This document shows, piece after piece, positions 18,569 through 29,985 of a stretch of 64,000 nucleotides of DNA; the first letter of the stretch is position 1; each line of letters opens with the position of its first letter. The notes below the pieces were generated by a model, which was not told the origin of the DNA, searched no databases, and saw nothing but the letters and a program-made list of their open reading frames with translations. The stretch is taken from the NCBI GenBank assembly GCA_963665125.2, contig CAXXUK010000001.1, positions 736,001-800,000 on the forward strand, written 5' to 3'. The position numbers were made by a program, and so were the translations under genes. The DNA comes from an uncultured Desulfarculus sp. GTDB lineage: Bacteria; Desulfobacterota; Desulfarculia; Desulfarculales; Desulfarculaceae.

Positions 18569-20284
18569 TCACAGGCACTGGCCGCCGCCCTGGGCCACCA
18601 TTTCGGCCAGAATAGCGGCCGCCTTTTCAACCGGGATCATGGTCATCTCGCCGCTGCGGCGGTCCTTGAGTTCCAGTTCGCCGTTGGCCAGGCCCTTGGG
18701 ACCGGCCACCACCCGCAGGGGAACGCCCAGCAGGTCCGAGTCCTTGAACTTGACGCCGGCCCGGATGTCGCGGTCGTCCAGCAGGCAGTCGATGCCCCTG
18801 GCCCACAACTCGTCGTGGAGTCTCTGGGCTGCTTCCAGGGCCTCGCCCTCGGGCTTGATGGGCATCACGCACACCGACACCGGGGCGATGGGCAGGGGGA
18901 AGATGATGCCCGACTCGTCGTTGCCCTGCTCGATGGCCGCGGCCACGATGCGGCTGACGCCGATGCCGTAGCAGCCCATGACGATTGTCTTTTCCTCGCC
19001 GTCGGCGTCGAGGTATTTGGCACCCAAGGCCTTGGAGTACTTGGTGCCCAGACGGAAGATGTGGCCCACCTCGATGCCCCTGGCGAATGTCGGCTCCTGG
19101 CCGCAGCCGGGGCAGGTGTCGCCGGGCGCCATGTTGCGCAGGTCCATGATTTTGGCCTGGGCTGCGTCCCGGCTCAGGCAGAAGCCGGTGTAGTGGGCGT
19201 CGGCCTTGTTGGCCCCCACCACCAGCCAGCCGTTTTGGGCCACTTCGTAGTCGGCGTAGATGGGGATATTCAGGCCCACCGGACCACTGAAGCCCACCGG
19301 GCCGCCCGTGGCCTCGGGGATTTTGGCCGGTCCGGCCAGTTCCAGCATGTCGGCGTCCAGGGCGTTTTTCAGCTTTACCTCGTTGACCTCGCGGTCGCCC
19401 CGGACCATCACGGCCACGAACTCGCCGTCGGCCACGTAGATCATGGTCTTGGCCACGCTCTTGGGCTTGGTCTTGAGGAACTTGGCCACTTCCTCCACGG
19501 TGTGGGCGCCGGGGGTGGCCACTTCGGCCAGCTCGGCCTTGGGCTCGGCGGGCGGCGTTTCCGGGGCCTTGACCGGGGCCTTTTCCACGTTGGCCGAATA
19601 ACCGCAGGCCGGACAGGAGACTATGGCGTCTTCGCCGGTCTCGGCCAGGACCATGAATTCGTGGCTGAACGAACCGCCGATGGAGCCGCTGTCGGCCTCC
19701 ACCACGCCGTATTTCAGGCCCAGCTTGTCAAAGATGTTGGTGTAGGCCTGGCGCATGATTTGATAGGAGGCCGCCGAGGCCTCGTCGTCCACGTCAAAGG
19801 AATAGGCGTCCTTCATCAGGAATTCCCGGGCGCGCATAACGCCGAAACGGGGCCGGATCTCGTCGCGGAATTTGGTCTGAATCTGGTACAGGTTCAGCGG
19901 CATGTCGCGGTAGGACTGGATCTCCCGGCGCACCAGGTCGGTGATGACCTCCTCGTGGGTGGGGGCCAGGCAATAGCCGTTGTCGTGACGGTCCACGAAG
20001 CGCAGCAGCTCCTTGCCGTAGAGTTCCCAGCGGCCCGATTCCTGCCAAAGTTCGGCTGGCTGCACGCCGGGCATCAACAGCTCCTGAGCCCCGGCGGCGT
20101 TCATTTCCCGGCGCACGATGGCCTCGACCTTGCGCAGCACCCGCAGGCCCATGGGCATCCAGGTGTATATGCCGCCGCTGAGCTTGCGGATCAGGCCGGC
20201 CCGCAGCATCAACTGGTGGCTGATGACCTCGGCGTCGCTGGGTATTTCCTTGAGGGTGGGGATAAGACTTTGGCTGAACTTCAT
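18569..20284 (-). CDS. proS: Proline--tRNA ligase
   Basis: [42 protein letters not shown]; editing insertion present. Confidence 0.98.
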   Translation of the reverse strand: MKFSQSLIPTLKEIPSDAEVISHQLMLRAGLIRKLSGGIYTWMPMGLRVLRKVEAIVRREMNAAGAQELLMPGVQPAELWQESGRWELYGKELLRFVDRHDNGYCLAPTHEEVITDLVRREIQSYRDMPLNLYQIQTKFRDEIRPRFGVMRAREFLMKDAYSFDVDDEASAASYQIMRQAYTNIFDKLGLKYGVVEADSGSIGGSFSHEFMVLAETGEDAIVSCPACGYSANVEKAPVKAPETPPAEPKAELAEVATPGAHTVEEVAKFLKTKPKSVAKTMIYVADGEFVAVMVRGDREVNEVKLKNALDADMLELAGPAKIPEATGGPVGFSGPVGLNIPIYADYEVAQNGWLVVGANKADAHYTGFCLSRDAAQAKIMDLRNMAPGDTCPGCGQEPTFARGIEVGHIFRLGTKYSKALGAKYLDADGEEKTIVMGCYGIGVSRIVAAAIEQGNDESGIIFPLPIAPVSVCVMPIKPEGEALEAAQRLHDELWARGIDCLLDDRDIRAGVKFKDSDLLGVPLRVVAGPKGLANGELELKDRRSGEMTMIPVEKAAAILAEMVAQGGGQCL

Positions 20285-20297
20285 GATTAACCTGCCG

Positions 20298-21380
20298 CTA
20301 TTTATCGGATTGCTTGTATTTTTTTTGCGCCAGCCGCACCTGCTTCATTAACTCGTCCAGCAGGTCGGCCTCGGGTACTTTCCTGATAACCTCGCCATGG
20401 GCGAACACAATGCCCTGGCCCTGGCCGCCGGCAATGCCCACGTCTGCGTGTTTGGCCTCGTCCGGTCCGTTGACAACGCAGCCCATGATGGCCACGGTCA
20501 GGGGTTCGGGCACCGAGGCCAACTCCCGCTCGGCCGCTTCCAAAAGGCTGAAAAGGTCGATTTCGGTGCGGCCGCAGGTGGGGCAGGAGATGATCTCCAC
20601 GCCGCGCCTGTCAATACCGCAGGCGGCCAGCATATGCCAGGCCACCTCCACTTCGCGCACCGGGTCTGCTGTCAGGGATACTCGGAACGTGTCGCCGATG
20701 CCCTCCAGGAGCAGCGCGCCGATGCCGACCGAGGATTTTACCGTACCGGCCAGCAGGCCGCCCGCCTCGGTGACGCCCAAATGCAGGGGGTGGTCGGCCT
20801 GGGCGGCGTAGAGCCTGTAGGCGGCGATGGTGTCCAAAACGCTTGATGATTTCAGGCTGACCTTGATGGCAGTCATGCCGCGGTCTTCGAGCATTTTCAC
20901 ATGCCGCAGGGCCGACTCCACCAGGGCCTCGGGGCAGGGGCCGCCGTGCTTTTGGGCGATGTCCTTGGGCAGCGAGCCGCTGTTGGCCCCCACCCGGATG
21001 CAAACGCCGTGGGCCTTTGCCGCCGCGACGACCCGGTCCACGGCGGCCTCATCGCCGATGTTGCCGGGGTTGATGCGCATGGCCGCCGCGCCGTTTTCCA
21101 CGGCCGCCACGGCCAGCCGGGCGTCGAAATGGATGTCGGCGATGACCGGCAAGGGGCTTTGGCCGCAGATCTGCTTGAAAGCCTGGGCGGCTTCCATGTC
21201 CGGCACGGCGCAGCGCACGATGTGGCAGCCCGCCTGGGCCAGGCGGTTTATCTGGGCCAGGGTGGCTTCGGCGTCCCGGGTGTCGGTATTGGTCATGGAC
21301 TGCACGGCCACCGGCGCTTTACCGCCAAGGGGCACCGCGCCCACGTTGATGCGCCTGGTTGTCTGCCTGGTGTAAGACAA
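20298..21380 (-). CDS. ispG: HMBPP synthase (GcpE)
   Basis: [34 protein letters not shown]. Confidence 0.98.
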   Translation of the reverse strand: MSYTRQTTRRINVGAVPLGGKAPVAVQSMTNTDTRDAEATLAQINRLAQAGCHIVRCAVPDMEAAQAFKQICGQSPLPVIADIHFDARLAVAAVENGAAAMRINPGNIGDEAAVDRVVAAAKAHGVCIRVGANSGSLPKDIAQKHGGPCPEALVESALRHVKMLEDRGMTAIKVSLKSSSVLDTIAAYRLYAAQADHPLHLGVTEAGGLLAGTVKSSVGIGALLLEGIGDTFRVSLTADPVREVEVAWHMLAACGIDRRGVEIISCPTCGRTEIDLFSLLEAAERELASVPEPLTVAIMGCVVNGPDEAKHADVGIAGGQGQGIVFAHGEVIRKVPEADLLDELMKQVRLAQKKYKQSDK

Positions 21381-21389
21381 GCTGGCCCC

Positions 21390-21956
21390 CTAGATCAAAC
21401 CGCCGTCGGTGAACAGCACCTTGATGCCTTCAAAGGAAATATTGATCACCTTGTCGGCCACGGCCGAGTGATCCGAATCGGAATAAAACAAGGTCACGAT
21501 CTGCTTGATCAACACGCCGATGGGCGTATGCTCCGGGCCTTTTTCAATGGCCGCCAGGGTCTTGCCCTCAAAGACGGCCAGGGGGTCGTAGTTGCCCGAA
21601 GTCAAGTCCCGCATTTCCTCGGGAGTGGTCATCCGCTCCAGGGGCGTCAGTATCTTGTCCGCCGATTGCCGGGCTCCCCGGCCGGCCATAAAGGACAGGC
21701 CCTGGGCCACGCCATCCCAGTATTCCGCGCCGGCCTGCCTGTTGAGGCGGCATTTGTCAATGGCGCAGAACACCAGGCCGTATTGAAACACCCCGGCCAG
21801 ACCCTGGCGGTCCAGTTCCGGGTTGTTCAAGGGAGAACCGGTCATGGGCAGGCTGTCGGCCAGGCCCGCGGCCAAGACCTCGGACAGCCGCACGGCCAGG
21901 TCATAGACGGCCGTGGCATGCTCGGCGGCTTTTGTTTGAACTTCTTGTTGCTGCAT
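21390..21956 (-). CDS. Hypothetical protein
   Basis: 188-aa ORF filling the gap inside a co-directional operon. Confidence 0.7.
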   Translation of the reverse strand: MQQQEVQTKAAEHATAVYDLAVRLSEVLAAGLADSLPMTGSPLNNPELDRQGLAGVFQYGLVFCAIDKCRLNRQAGAEYWDGVAQGLSFMAGRGARQSADKILTPLERMTTPEEMRDLTSGNYDPLAVFEGKTLAAIEKGPEHTPIGVLIKQIVTLFYSDSDHSAVADKVINISFEGIKVLFTDGGLI

Positions 21957-21964
21957 GTCTATTC

Positions 21965-22423
21965 TCAGTCGTCGCGGGCTGCGGCCCGCACTTCAATAAT
22001 TTCAACCCCGTGCTCCAATAACAGCGCGGTGAACACCCCTTGGCCCGGCCCGCCCTGGGGGTTGACGCCTTTTGGGTCGTATCCGCAGGAAGGCGAACGG
22101 TCTTTGAGATAGGCCAGCTTAACACCTGCCTCGAGCGCTTGCTTCAAGGCTTTTCCGGAACCCTTTATAAAGGCCCGGCTGACGTCTTGGCCCAGGCTGT
22201 TGACGAGTCTGGCCCGCCCTGTCAGGACATCGGAGCCTTCGCGGCCCCATGACACGCCTTCAAAGCGCGCCGGAGGACGCGGCACACCCAGGCCGCCCAA
22301 CATCTCCGGGCACACGGGCAAAACCTGCCGGTCCTCGATAAGTTTCAATAGGTCGTCGGCTTTGCTGTGACGGCCGTCGTAGCGCGTGCGATGGCCCAGA
22401 AGGCAGGCCGATACCAGGATCAA
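21965..22423 (-). CDS. DUF523 family (2-thiouracil desulfurase-like) protein
   Basis: VSACLLG...RYDG, CPEMLGGLGVPR, SPSCG. Confidence 0.9.
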   Translation of the reverse strand: MILVSACLLGHRTRYDGRHSKADDLLKLIEDRQVLPVCPEMLGGLGVPRPPARFEGVSWGREGSDVLTGRARLVNSLGQDVSRAFIKGSGKALKQALEAGVKLAYLKDRSPSCGYDPKGVNPQGGPGQGVFTALLLEHGVEIIEVRAAARDD

Positions 22424-23466
22424 TCCACAAACTCCACCGGCTCCTGGCCTTCGGCCCGTGTCTCCACCTGGCCGATAATAAATGCCGGTTGGTCCAGTGC
22501 CCCAAGGCGATCCACCACCTCTTCGGCCTGGTCGGCGGGAGTGAAAATGACCATGCCCACGCCGGAGTTGAATGTGCGCATCATCTCCCTCTGGTCAAGC
22601 TTTCCAGCCTTTTGGAGGAAATGGAATATGGGCTGCATGTCCCAGGAACTCGTATTGATCACCGCCCGCAGGGATTCCGGCATGACCCTGGGCACGTTTT
22701 CCAACAAACCGCCGCCGGTGATGTTGGCTACGCCCTGCAGGGTAAAGTCCCGGTTGATATGGGCCACGGTTTCGGCGTAGATGCGGGTTGGGGTCAGCAG
22801 CTCTTCGCCCACGCTCAGGGGAAGGTCGTCGATCTTGTCGGCAATGCCCAGGCCCATTTCCTCGAAGATAATGCGCCGCACCAGGGAAAAGCCGTTGCTG
22901 TGCAGGCCGCTGCTGGCCAGGCCGACCATGGCGCTGTTTTTGTTGATGGACGATCCGTCGATGATGGCGTCGCGGTCCACCACGCCAACGCCGAAACCGG
23001 CCAGGTCGTACTCGCCGTCCGGGTAAAAACCGGGCATTTCGGCCGTCTCGCCGCCGATCAGGGCGCAACCGGCCTGGCGGCAACCCTCGACCACACCGGC
23101 TATGATGGCTTCGGCAACGCCCAATTCCAGTTTGCCCGTGGCCAGATAATCCAGCATGAATAATGGCTTGGCGCCCGTGACCACCACGTCGTTGATGACC
23201 ATGGCCACCATGTCGATGCCGATGGTGTCATGCTTGTCCATCATGAAGGCGATCTTGAGCTTGGTGCCCACGCCGTCGGTGGAACTGACCAGGATAGGGC
23301 TCTTGTATTTTTCGGTATTCAGGGAAAACAAGCCCGAAAACCCGCCGATGTCGGTCAGCACCGAGGCCGAGTGGGTGGATTTGACCATTTTGCCGATGCG
23401 GCGGACAAACTCGTTGCCCTTTTCAATATCCACGCCCGCATCGCGGTAGCGGTCGTTTGTACTCAT
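22420..23466 (-). CDS. purM: Phosphoribosylaminoimidazole synthetase
   Basis: YRDAGVDI, STDGVGTK, GGETAEMPG, SSGLHSNG; start at ATG 23466. Confidence 0.97.
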   Translation of the reverse strand: MSTNDRYRDAGVDIEKGNEFVRRIGKMVKSTHSASVLTDIGGFSGLFSLNTEKYKSPILVSSTDGVGTKLKIAFMMDKHDTIGIDMVAMVINDVVVTGAKPLFMLDYLATGKLELGVAEAIIAGVVEGCRQAGCALIGGETAEMPGFYPDGEYDLAGFGVGVVDRDAIIDGSSINKNSAMVGLASSGLHSNGFSLVRRIIFEEMGLGIADKIDDLPLSVGEELLTPTRIYAETVAHINRDFTLQGVANITGGGLLENVPRVMPESLRAVINTSSWDMQPIFHFLQKAGKLDQREMMRTFNSGVGMVIFTPADQAEEVVDRLGALDQPAFIIGQVETRAEGQEPVEFVD

Positions 23467-23606
23467 TTTTTGTATCTCCATACAAGGAACCAAGCGGAAG
23501 CAACCTGGGACCGAGTCTATCAGAAAAAAGCGCAATTCAAAAGCCGGGCTTGACATGTTGGTGCCGTAACGGCAGAAATCAATAATCGTAAAAAGAGATC
23601 ATTGAC

Positions 23607-25709
23607 ATGATAGCCCAACAAACACCATTTCCGCTGCCCGCTTTGGCCCGTTCGCTTTCGGCCCTGCCGGGGATAGGCCCCAAAACCGCAGCCAAGCTGG
23701 CCGACAGGGGCCTGCGGACCTGGGGCGATGCGCTGTTTTTTTTGCCGCTGCGCTATGAAGACCGCCGCCATCCCACGGCCATAGCCGATCTGCGGCCTGG
23801 TCTGTTGGCCGTGGTGCGGGGCAGCCTGGCCTCCAGCGGTTCCTGGGGCCGCCGGGGCAACATGTGGCGCATGGAACTGGCCCAGGGCGAAAAAAACCTG
23901 AGCCTTATCTGGTTCCGCTATAAAAAAGGCCAGTTCGATTCCTTTAAAAAGGGCGACGAGGTGGTCGCCGTGGGGGTGGCCGAAAACGCCCGCGGTGTGT
24001 TGCAGATGGCCCACCCCGAGCTATACAAGGCCGACCAGATCGGGCCCGATCATTCCTCGGTGGGCCGCATCGTGCCCGTATATTCCGAGCTGGGCGGCGT
24101 GGCCAGGGGCAAGGTGCGGCGGTTCATGGCCGAACTGGTGGGCCGGGTGTGCCCGGAACTGCCCGACCCCCTCTACGGCCTGCTGCCCGAGGCACTGTAC
24201 CCCATGCCCGTGGGACGGGCCTTTGAGTTGGCCCATCAGCCGCCCAACGAGGCCACGGACCAAGACCTGGACACTGAGCGGGCCCCCTGGCGCATGGTGC
24301 TGGCCCTCAACGAACTGCTTCATTACGAATTGGCCCTGGCCCTGCGGCGCGGCCGATACCAGACCAGCCGGGCAAAGCCCCTTGACCCGCCCGGCGAGAT
24401 GCTGGCCGAATTTGTCGCCCGCCTGCCGTTCCAACTTACCCAGGGCCAGAATCAGGCCGTTTCCGCCGTGTTGGCCGACATGGCCGGGACCCGGCCCATG
24501 GCCCGGTTGCTGGCCGGAGACGTGGGCTCGGGCAAGACCGTGGTGGCCGCCGCCGCCGCCGCGGCAGCAGCCGAGGCCGGGGTGCAGACGGCCCTGATGG
24601 CCCCCACCGAGGTTTTGGCCCGGCAACATTTCAACACCCTGGGCGGTTATCTGGGAGCGTTGGGCATAGATCTGGCCCTGGTCCTGGGCGGGGCCGGGCT
24701 GGACGAAAAAAAACAGGCATCCTGGGCGGCGGCAGGCGGGGCGCGAGTGATGGTGGGCACCCACGCCTTGTTAGCTTCGGGTTTGGAATTCGACGAGTTG
24801 GGCCTGGTGATCATCGACGAACAACAGCGCTTCGGCGTGCATCAGCGCCTGGGCCTGGCCCGCAAAGGGGCCGCGCCGCACATGCTGGTGCTCTCGGCCA
24901 CGCCCATCCCCCGGACCATGGCCCTGGCCCTGGGCGGGCACATGGATATCTCGGGACTGGATCAACTGCCCGGAAACAGGCCCAAGGTGAAGACCGCGGT
25001 GCTCGGCTATGAACAGCGCCGGGAGGCCGTGGAGGCCATGACCCAGAGGCTGGAGGCCAAGGAACAGGTCTATGTGATCTGTCCTCTGGTGGAGGCCTCT
25101 GACAAGATAGAGGCCAACGACGCCGTGCAAACCCACAGGCGCCTGGCCGATTATTTCCCCAAATACAACGTGGCCCTGTTGCACGGCCGCATGGACGGCG
25201 CCCGGCAGCAGGAAGTGCTGGAAGGATTCAGGTCCGGAGAAATAGACATCCTGGTGGCGACCACCGTGGTCGAGGTCGGGGTGGACGTGGCCAACGCCAC
25301 GCTGATGGTGGTCCTGGGGGCCGAGCGATTCGGCCTGAGCCAGTTGCACCAGTTGCGGGGCAGGGTTGGCCGGGGCTCAAAGCCCGGACACTGTTGCCTG
25401 GTTGCCGGGCCCGATCCAGGCGAAACGGGCCAAAAGCGTCTGGAGACCCTGGCCCGCACCAATGACGGCCTGGAGATCGCCGAGGCCGACCTGGCCCTGC
25501 GCGGGCCGGGCCAGACCCTGGGCGACCGCCAGTCGGGCCTGCTGCCGCTGCGCATTTGTTCCTGGCCCGCTGATCTGGAGTTGCTCGAGCCCATACGGGA
25601 TATTCTGGCCGTCTGGCTGGCGCATCCCGGCGACCAGCGCGTCAAACCGGTTGTCGATGAGGCCTTACGCCGCTGGGGCCGGGAAATGGGGCTCATCCGG
25701 GCCGGTTAG
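23607..25709 (+). CDS. recG: ATP-dependent DNA helicase RecG
   Basis: GDVGSGKT, DEQQRFGV, SATPIPRT, ERFGLSQLHQLRGRVGRG. Confidence 0.96.
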   Translation: MIAQQTPFPLPALARSLSALPGIGPKTAAKLADRGLRTWGDALFFLPLRYEDRRHPTAIADLRPGLLAVVRGSLASSGSWGRRGNMWRMELAQGEKNLSLIWFRYKKGQFDSFKKGDEVVAVGVAENARGVLQMAHPELYKADQIGPDHSSVGRIVPVYSELGGVARGKVRRFMAELVGRVCPELPDPLYGLLPEALYPMPVGRAFELAHQPPNEATDQDLDTERAPWRMVLALNELLHYELALALRRGRYQTSRAKPLDPPGEMLAEFVARLPFQLTQGQNQAVSAVLADMAGTRPMARLLAGDVGSGKTVVAAAAAAAAAEAGVQTALMAPTEVLARQHFNTLGGYLGALGIDLALVLGGAGLDEKKQASWAAAGGARVMVGTHALLASGLEFDELGLVIIDEQQRFGVHQRLGLARKGAAPHMLVLSATPIPRTMALALGGHMDISGLDQLPGNRPKVKTAVLGYEQRREAVEAMTQRLEAKEQVYVICPLVEASDKIEANDAVQTHRRLADYFPKYNVALLHGRMDGARQQEVLEGFRSGEIDILVATTVVEVGVDVANATLMVVLGAERFGLSQLHQLRGRVGRGSKPGHCCLVAGPDPGETGQKRLETLARTNDGLEIAEADLALRGPGQTLGDRQSGLLPLRICSWPADLELLEPIRDILAVWLAHPGDQRVKPVVDEALRRWGREMGLIRAG

Positions 25710-25783
25710 AACGGCGCTTGCCTCCTGATGGCTTGTTGTGGGAATATTTGACGAAACAGCCAACCGCGCGATTCGGATGGATT

Positions 25784-26515
25784 ATGAAGTTGCGAAAATT
25801 TTTTAAAAATCGTTCCGTATACGATTTGTTGGGCATGCCCCTGATGATCTTTTTCATCGCCATCGGGCTTGCCGAGGCCATAATCTCCAACCGGTCGGTC
25901 ATGCGCGAGGCGTTCGTGCCTTCGTTGGTGTTCGTGATTCTTTATTTGGGCATGGTGTTCGCCATCCCAGATGACAGGCGTCGGCTGCACGCCAGAAGAT
26001 CGCGGTTGATCTTTATCTCCTTTGCCGCGGTTATGGTCATAACCTCGCTGGCCCACTACCTGGGTGGCGGCGATGATGTTTCCTTGTTTTTCGATATGCT
26101 GGCCGGTCTGTATTTCGCGTTTCTAATGCTTTTGCTGGTGCTGTTCACCGTGGCCGATCTCATGCGCTCAAAGACGGTGAACATCAAAATGGTTCTCAGC
26201 GGCTTTTTTGGTTATCTGATGCTGGCCCTGGCCTGGCAAAACATCTACCACGCCCTGCAGCTTGTGGGGATTCAGGTCTATGAAACGCCATTGATGGGCT
26301 CTGGCGCCGATTACACCGACATCTATATCGCCAATTTCTACTTCAGCCTGGTGACCATATCCACCCTGGGATTCGGCGACATGGTGCCGGTGGGCAATCT
26401 GCCCCGCATGGTCGCCGCCTTTGAAGCGGTGGCCGGCCAGTTCTATATCACAGTGCTCATCGGCATTCTGGTAGGCAAGTATCTGCGGGACGATAAGCCC
26501 GCGGACAAGGTCTAA
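25784..26515 (+). CDS. Potassium channel family protein
   Basis: YFSLVTISTLGFGD selectivity filter; several TM segments. Confidence 0.88.
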   Translation: MKLRKFFKNRSVYDLLGMPLMIFFIAIGLAEAIISNRSVMREAFVPSLVFVILYLGMVFAIPDDRRRLHARRSRLIFISFAAVMVITSLAHYLGGGDDVSLFFDMLAGLYFAFLMLLLVLFTVADLMRSKTVNIKMVLSGFFGYLMLALAWQNIYHALQLVGIQVYETPLMGSGADYTDIYIANFYFSLVTISTLGFGDMVPVGNLPRMVAAFEAVAGQFYITVLIGILVGKYLRDDKPADKV

Positions 26516-27282
26516 CGGTCTTTGCGGCGGTCTTTGCGGCGGTCGTTCTTCCAGGATATTTCCTTGCGCAAACCTTTTTGCTTGTAGGGCTTTTCCACGT
26601 CTTCGGGCGTGACGATAAAGCTGCCCGGCGGCTGCTGGGGCTGCTGGACGGCCTGCTGTTTCAGGCGGGCAGCTATTTCCTTTTTCTTCTCCCTGGTCTG
26701 GGTTTTGGGCAGGGGCTTTTCGGGCAGGGGCGGACCCATCAGGAACCGGGCGTCGGCCCAGTCGCACAGAAAAAGGCCGCCGTCGCCCCAGGCCGGGAAC
26801 ATGGAACCCTGCTCGGCGGCCTGACGGGCCTGGACGGTCACCAGAACCGGTTCGGCGTCCCGGCGTCTGCCGATGGCCAGGGCCCGCTGTTCGTCGGCGG
26901 CCAGGATCAGCGGCCTGCCGTCTTCCCCGGCGTTGAGTCCGTGCTCCTTGATCACCGGATAGGCCTTGCGCCGCGCGCCGTAATAAAGGTGGGCCGGATG
27001 CACGGCGTCGTAGTCGGGCGGCGCGTAGCCGCGCTCCCGGCAACGGATGCGGTTGTCCTCGATCTCGAACAGGTCCTTGGCAATGCGCCCGGCCACGTCT
27101 TCGATCATGGTCTGGCGGATGCCCCGCCAGCCTTCCTCGCCTTGCAGGGCGGCCAACAGTTCCTTGAGTTTGATCCAGCCCTGCTCGTCGGGCAACAGGG
27201 CCAACTCGGCCGGGTTGACTCCCAGGGCGTAGCGCATTATGCGCGCAAGCGCATCTTCCTTTTGTTCCTGTCTTTTAACCAT
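26512..27282 (-). CDS. KptA/Tpt1 (RNA 2'-phosphotransferase)-like protein, probably catalytically degenerate
   Basis: DEQGW, RIRC, LYYG, I..HGL, A..IGRR, PVLVTV.A pattern; the RH and KxRF catalytic residues are absent. Confidence 0.78.
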   Translation of the reverse strand: MVKRQEQKEDALARIMRYALGVNPAELALLPDEQGWIKLKELLAALQGEEGWRGIRQTMIEDVAGRIAKDLFEIEDNRIRCRERGYAPPDYDAVHPAHLYYGARRKAYPVIKEHGLNAGEDGRPLILAADEQRALAIGRRRDAEPVLVTVQARQAAEQGSMFPAWGDGGLFLCDWADARFLMGPPLPEKPLPKTQTREKKKEIAARLKQQAVQQPQQPPGSFIVTPEDVEKPYKQKGLRKEISWKNDRRKDRRKDR

Positions 27283-27285
27283 TGG

Positions 27286-27714
27286 CTATTGATATTCGGT
27301 CTTGACGCCCTTGGCGGTGACTACGTATTCCATGATGCCCTTGGGGTGCCATACGACTATGGACTCGGTGTCGCCTTCAGGCCCGGCCACGGCCCTAAGC
27401 TGCACATCGGGCGAAATCTTCAGGCCGGCCTGCTTGACGGCCTCCATGTCGATGATCATCGGTTCGCCGGCGCGCGCCTGCCTGATGGCCTGCAACTGCT
27501 CCTGGGGTGTTTCCTGCCCGGCCGCCGCGTCCTTGATCTGCTCTTTTTGCTGGGCCTGGGCCTGCTGGGCCAGGAGGTGGTGGATGCGCATGGCCGCGCG
27601 TTGGGCCGCTTCATCGTATGACTTTGCCTGGCGGTCGTAATGGGCAAAGACAAATATCGCCACCACGGCCAAAATACTCAGCAGGGCTATAATTCCAGGT
27701 CTGATAATACTCAT
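27286..27714 (-). CDS. Hypothetical membrane-anchored protein
   Basis: N-terminal hydrophobic helix; overlaps the pyrC stop. Confidence 0.7.
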   Translation of the reverse strand: MSIIRPGIIALLSILAVVAIFVFAHYDRQAKSYDEAAQRAAMRIHHLLAQQAQAQQKEQIKDAAAGQETPQEQLQAIRQARAGEPMIIDMEAVKQAGLKISPDVQLRAVAGPEGDTESIVVWHPKGIMEYVVTAKGVKTEYQ

Positions 27715-29015
27715 ACGGCGAAATCCTCCAGACTATGAGATATGTTGCCGGCGCAGATGGTCAGCACAGCGCGCCCGGTCATGGACCGCCCGGCAAACGG
27801 CGTGTTGCGGGATTTGGAGTGCATTTTTCCCGGTTCGACGGTCCAGGGCCTGGTGGCGTCGATTACGGTTACGTCGGCCGGTCCGCCCTGTTGCAAGGTG
27901 CCGCCGGGCAGGCTCAGGGCCGCCGCAGGGGCGGTGGTCATGGCCGAAATGAGCCGCTCCAAAGATAGCACGCCCTTGGCGACCAGTTCCAGGCCGATGG
28001 CCAGGGCCGTTTCCAGGCCGGTGACGCCGAACAGGGCCTTGTCGAATTCCACGTCCTTTTCGATGGTGGAATGCGGGGCGTGATCAGTGGCCAGGGTGTC
28101 GATGATTCCCTCGGACAGCCCGAGGCGCACGGCCTCCATGTCGGCCCTTGAGCGCAGGGGCGGATTCATCTTGCGATGGGTGTCGTACTGGCCGATGTCC
28201 TCGTCGCACAGGGCCAGGTAGTGGGGGCACGTCTCGGCCGTGACGTTTAAGCCCGCGTCCTTGGCCCGGCGCACGGCCTCCACGCTGCCCGCGCAGGACA
28301 CATGGGCGATGTGCACCCTGGCTCCGGTGAGCCCGGCCAGGGATATATCGCGCTCCACGGCCATGACCTCGGCCTCGGCCGGGATGCCGGGGATGCCCAT
28401 GCGGGTGGCCGTGGGGCCTTCGTGCATGGCCCCGCCCGCCGAGAGCCGCAGGTCCTCGCTGTGGCAGACCACCGGCAGGTTCAGGCCGCGGGCGTATTCC
28501 ATGGCCCGGCGCAGCAGCCTGCTGTCGGGCACGGGCCTGCCGTCATCGCTTACCGCAACGCAACCGGCCTGCTTCATCTCGGCCATTTCGGTGAGGGCCT
28601 CGCCCTTCAGGCCCGGAGTTATGGCCCCGATGGGATAGACCCTGGCCGATCCGGCTTGCCGGGCCCGCTCGATGATCAGGTCGGTGACTGCCTTGCAGTC
28701 GTTTACCGGGCTGGTGTTGGGCATGCAGGCCACTGCCGTGAAACCGCCCGCCGCCGCGGCCCTGGTGCCGCTGGCAATGTCTTCCTTGTATTCCTGGCCC
28801 GGTTCGCGCAGATGCACGTGGATGTCCATCAGGCCGGGCACCACCAACAGGGAGTCGCAATTGACGGCTTGGGCCTCCGGCGCTTCGATATAGCCGCCGA
28901 TCTGTTTGATCTTGCCGCCCGAGAGCAGGATGTCGCCCTTTTGGTCCAGGCCCGCCGCCGGATCGAAAAGCCTGCCGTTGGTCAACAAAATATCTTTTTT
29001 ACCCGAAGAAAGCAT
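27711..29015 (-). CDS. pyrC: Dihydroorotase
   Basis: DIHVHLREPG, CMPNT, KMNPPLR, ATDHAPH. Confidence 0.96.
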   Translation of the reverse strand: MLSSGKKDILLTNGRLFDPAAGLDQKGDILLSGGKIKQIGGYIEAPEAQAVNCDSLLVVPGLMDIHVHLREPGQEYKEDIASGTRAAAAGGFTAVACMPNTSPVNDCKAVTDLIIERARQAGSARVYPIGAITPGLKGEALTEMAEMKQAGCVAVSDDGRPVPDSRLLRRAMEYARGLNLPVVCHSEDLRLSAGGAMHEGPTATRMGIPGIPAEAEVMAVERDISLAGLTGARVHIAHVSCAGSVEAVRRAKDAGLNVTAETCPHYLALCDEDIGQYDTHRKMNPPLRSRADMEAVRLGLSEGIIDTLATDHAPHSTIEKDVEFDKALFGVTGLETALAIGLELVAKGVLSLERLISAMTTAPAAALSLPGGTLQQGGPADVTVIDATRPWTVEPGKMHSKSRNTPFAGRSMTGRAVLTICAGNISHSLEDFAV

Positions 29016-29942
29016 TTACGAGGCCTCCGCGCCGATAAGCAAATACAAAAGGGCCATGCGCACGGCAACGCCGTTGGTAACCTGTTCAAGGATAACCGAT
29101 TGGGGCGCGTCGGCCACATCCGGGGCGATCTCCACGCCGCGGTTGATGGGGCCGGGGTGCATCACGATGGCGTCTTTGGCCGCTTTTTTCAAGAGGTTGG
29201 CGTTCAGGCCGAACATTCTGGAATATTCCCGCAGCGAGGGGAACAGCACGTCGTTCAGGCGTTCCTGCTGGACCCTGAGCATCATCACCACGTCCGCGCC
29301 ATCGACAGCCTCGGCCATGGACCCGGCCACGTCGGCGCCCAGGGTCTCCACATAGGGCGGCAGCAGGGTGGGCGGGCCGTAGAGCCGGACCTTGGCGCCC
29401 ATGGTTTTCAGGCCGATGACATTGGAGCGGGCCACCCTGGAGTGGGCGATGTCGCCGATTATGGCCACGTTGAGGCCCTCGATGCCGCCCTTGTGCTCGC
29501 GGATGGTCATCATGTCCAACAACGATTGGGTGGGGTGCTCGTGGGTGCCGTCTCCGGCATTGATGATGGGCACCCTGGTGTGCCTGGTCAGAAAATGCGG
29601 AGCGCCTGAAGATGAATGGCGGATTATCACCAAGTCAGGGCTCATGGCTTCAAGGGTCCTGACCGTGTCGATGAGGGTTTCGCCCTTGGTCAGGGAGCTT
29701 GTCTTGGGAGCCAGGGCCACTGAATCGGCCGACAAACGCTTGCAGGCCAGCTCAAAGGAGGTCTTGGTCCGGGTGGACGGCTCATAGAAAAACAAGACCA
29801 CGGTGCGGCCGCGCAGGGTGGGCACCTTTTTGATGGGCCGCAGGCTGATGTCCTTCATCGATTCCGCGGTGTCGAGAATTGTCCCGATTTCCTCGGCTGT
29901 TACGCCTTCCAGGCCCAAAAGATTCTTGCGTGTCCAGTCCAA
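29016..29942 (-). CDS. pyrB: Aspartate carbamoyltransferase catalytic subunit
   Basis: [28 protein letters not shown] start at 29942 after GGAGG. Confidence 0.97.
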   Translation of the reverse strand: MDWTRKNLLGLEGVTAEEIGTILDTAESMKDISLRPIKKVPTLRGRTVVLFFYEPSTRTKTSFELACKRLSADSVALAPKTSSLTKGETLIDTVRTLEAMSPDLVIIRHSSSGAPHFLTRHTRVPIINAGDGTHEHPTQSLLDMMTIREHKGGIEGLNVAIIGDIAHSRVARSNVIGLKTMGAKVRLYGPPTLLPPYVETLGADVAGSMAEAVDGADVVMMLRVQQERLNDVLFPSLREYSRMFGLNANLLKKAAKDAIVMHPGPINRGVEIAPDVADAPQSVILEQVTNGVAVRMALLYLLIGAEAS

Positions 29943-29985
29943 TAAACACACCTCCGCCTTGTTTCATGTCCGGCGGGTTATGGCC

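Noticed and set aside
18500..20290. 596-aa plus-strand ORF, and similar long antisense ORFs over ispG, pyrBC, the helicase and oadB
   Set aside because: Shadow ORFs opposite well-supported genes, expected from high-GC codon bias; no recognisable motifs.
23467..23606. ZTP or purine riboswitch upstream of purM
   Set aside because: No matching conserved motifs; looks like an ordinary divergent promoter region.
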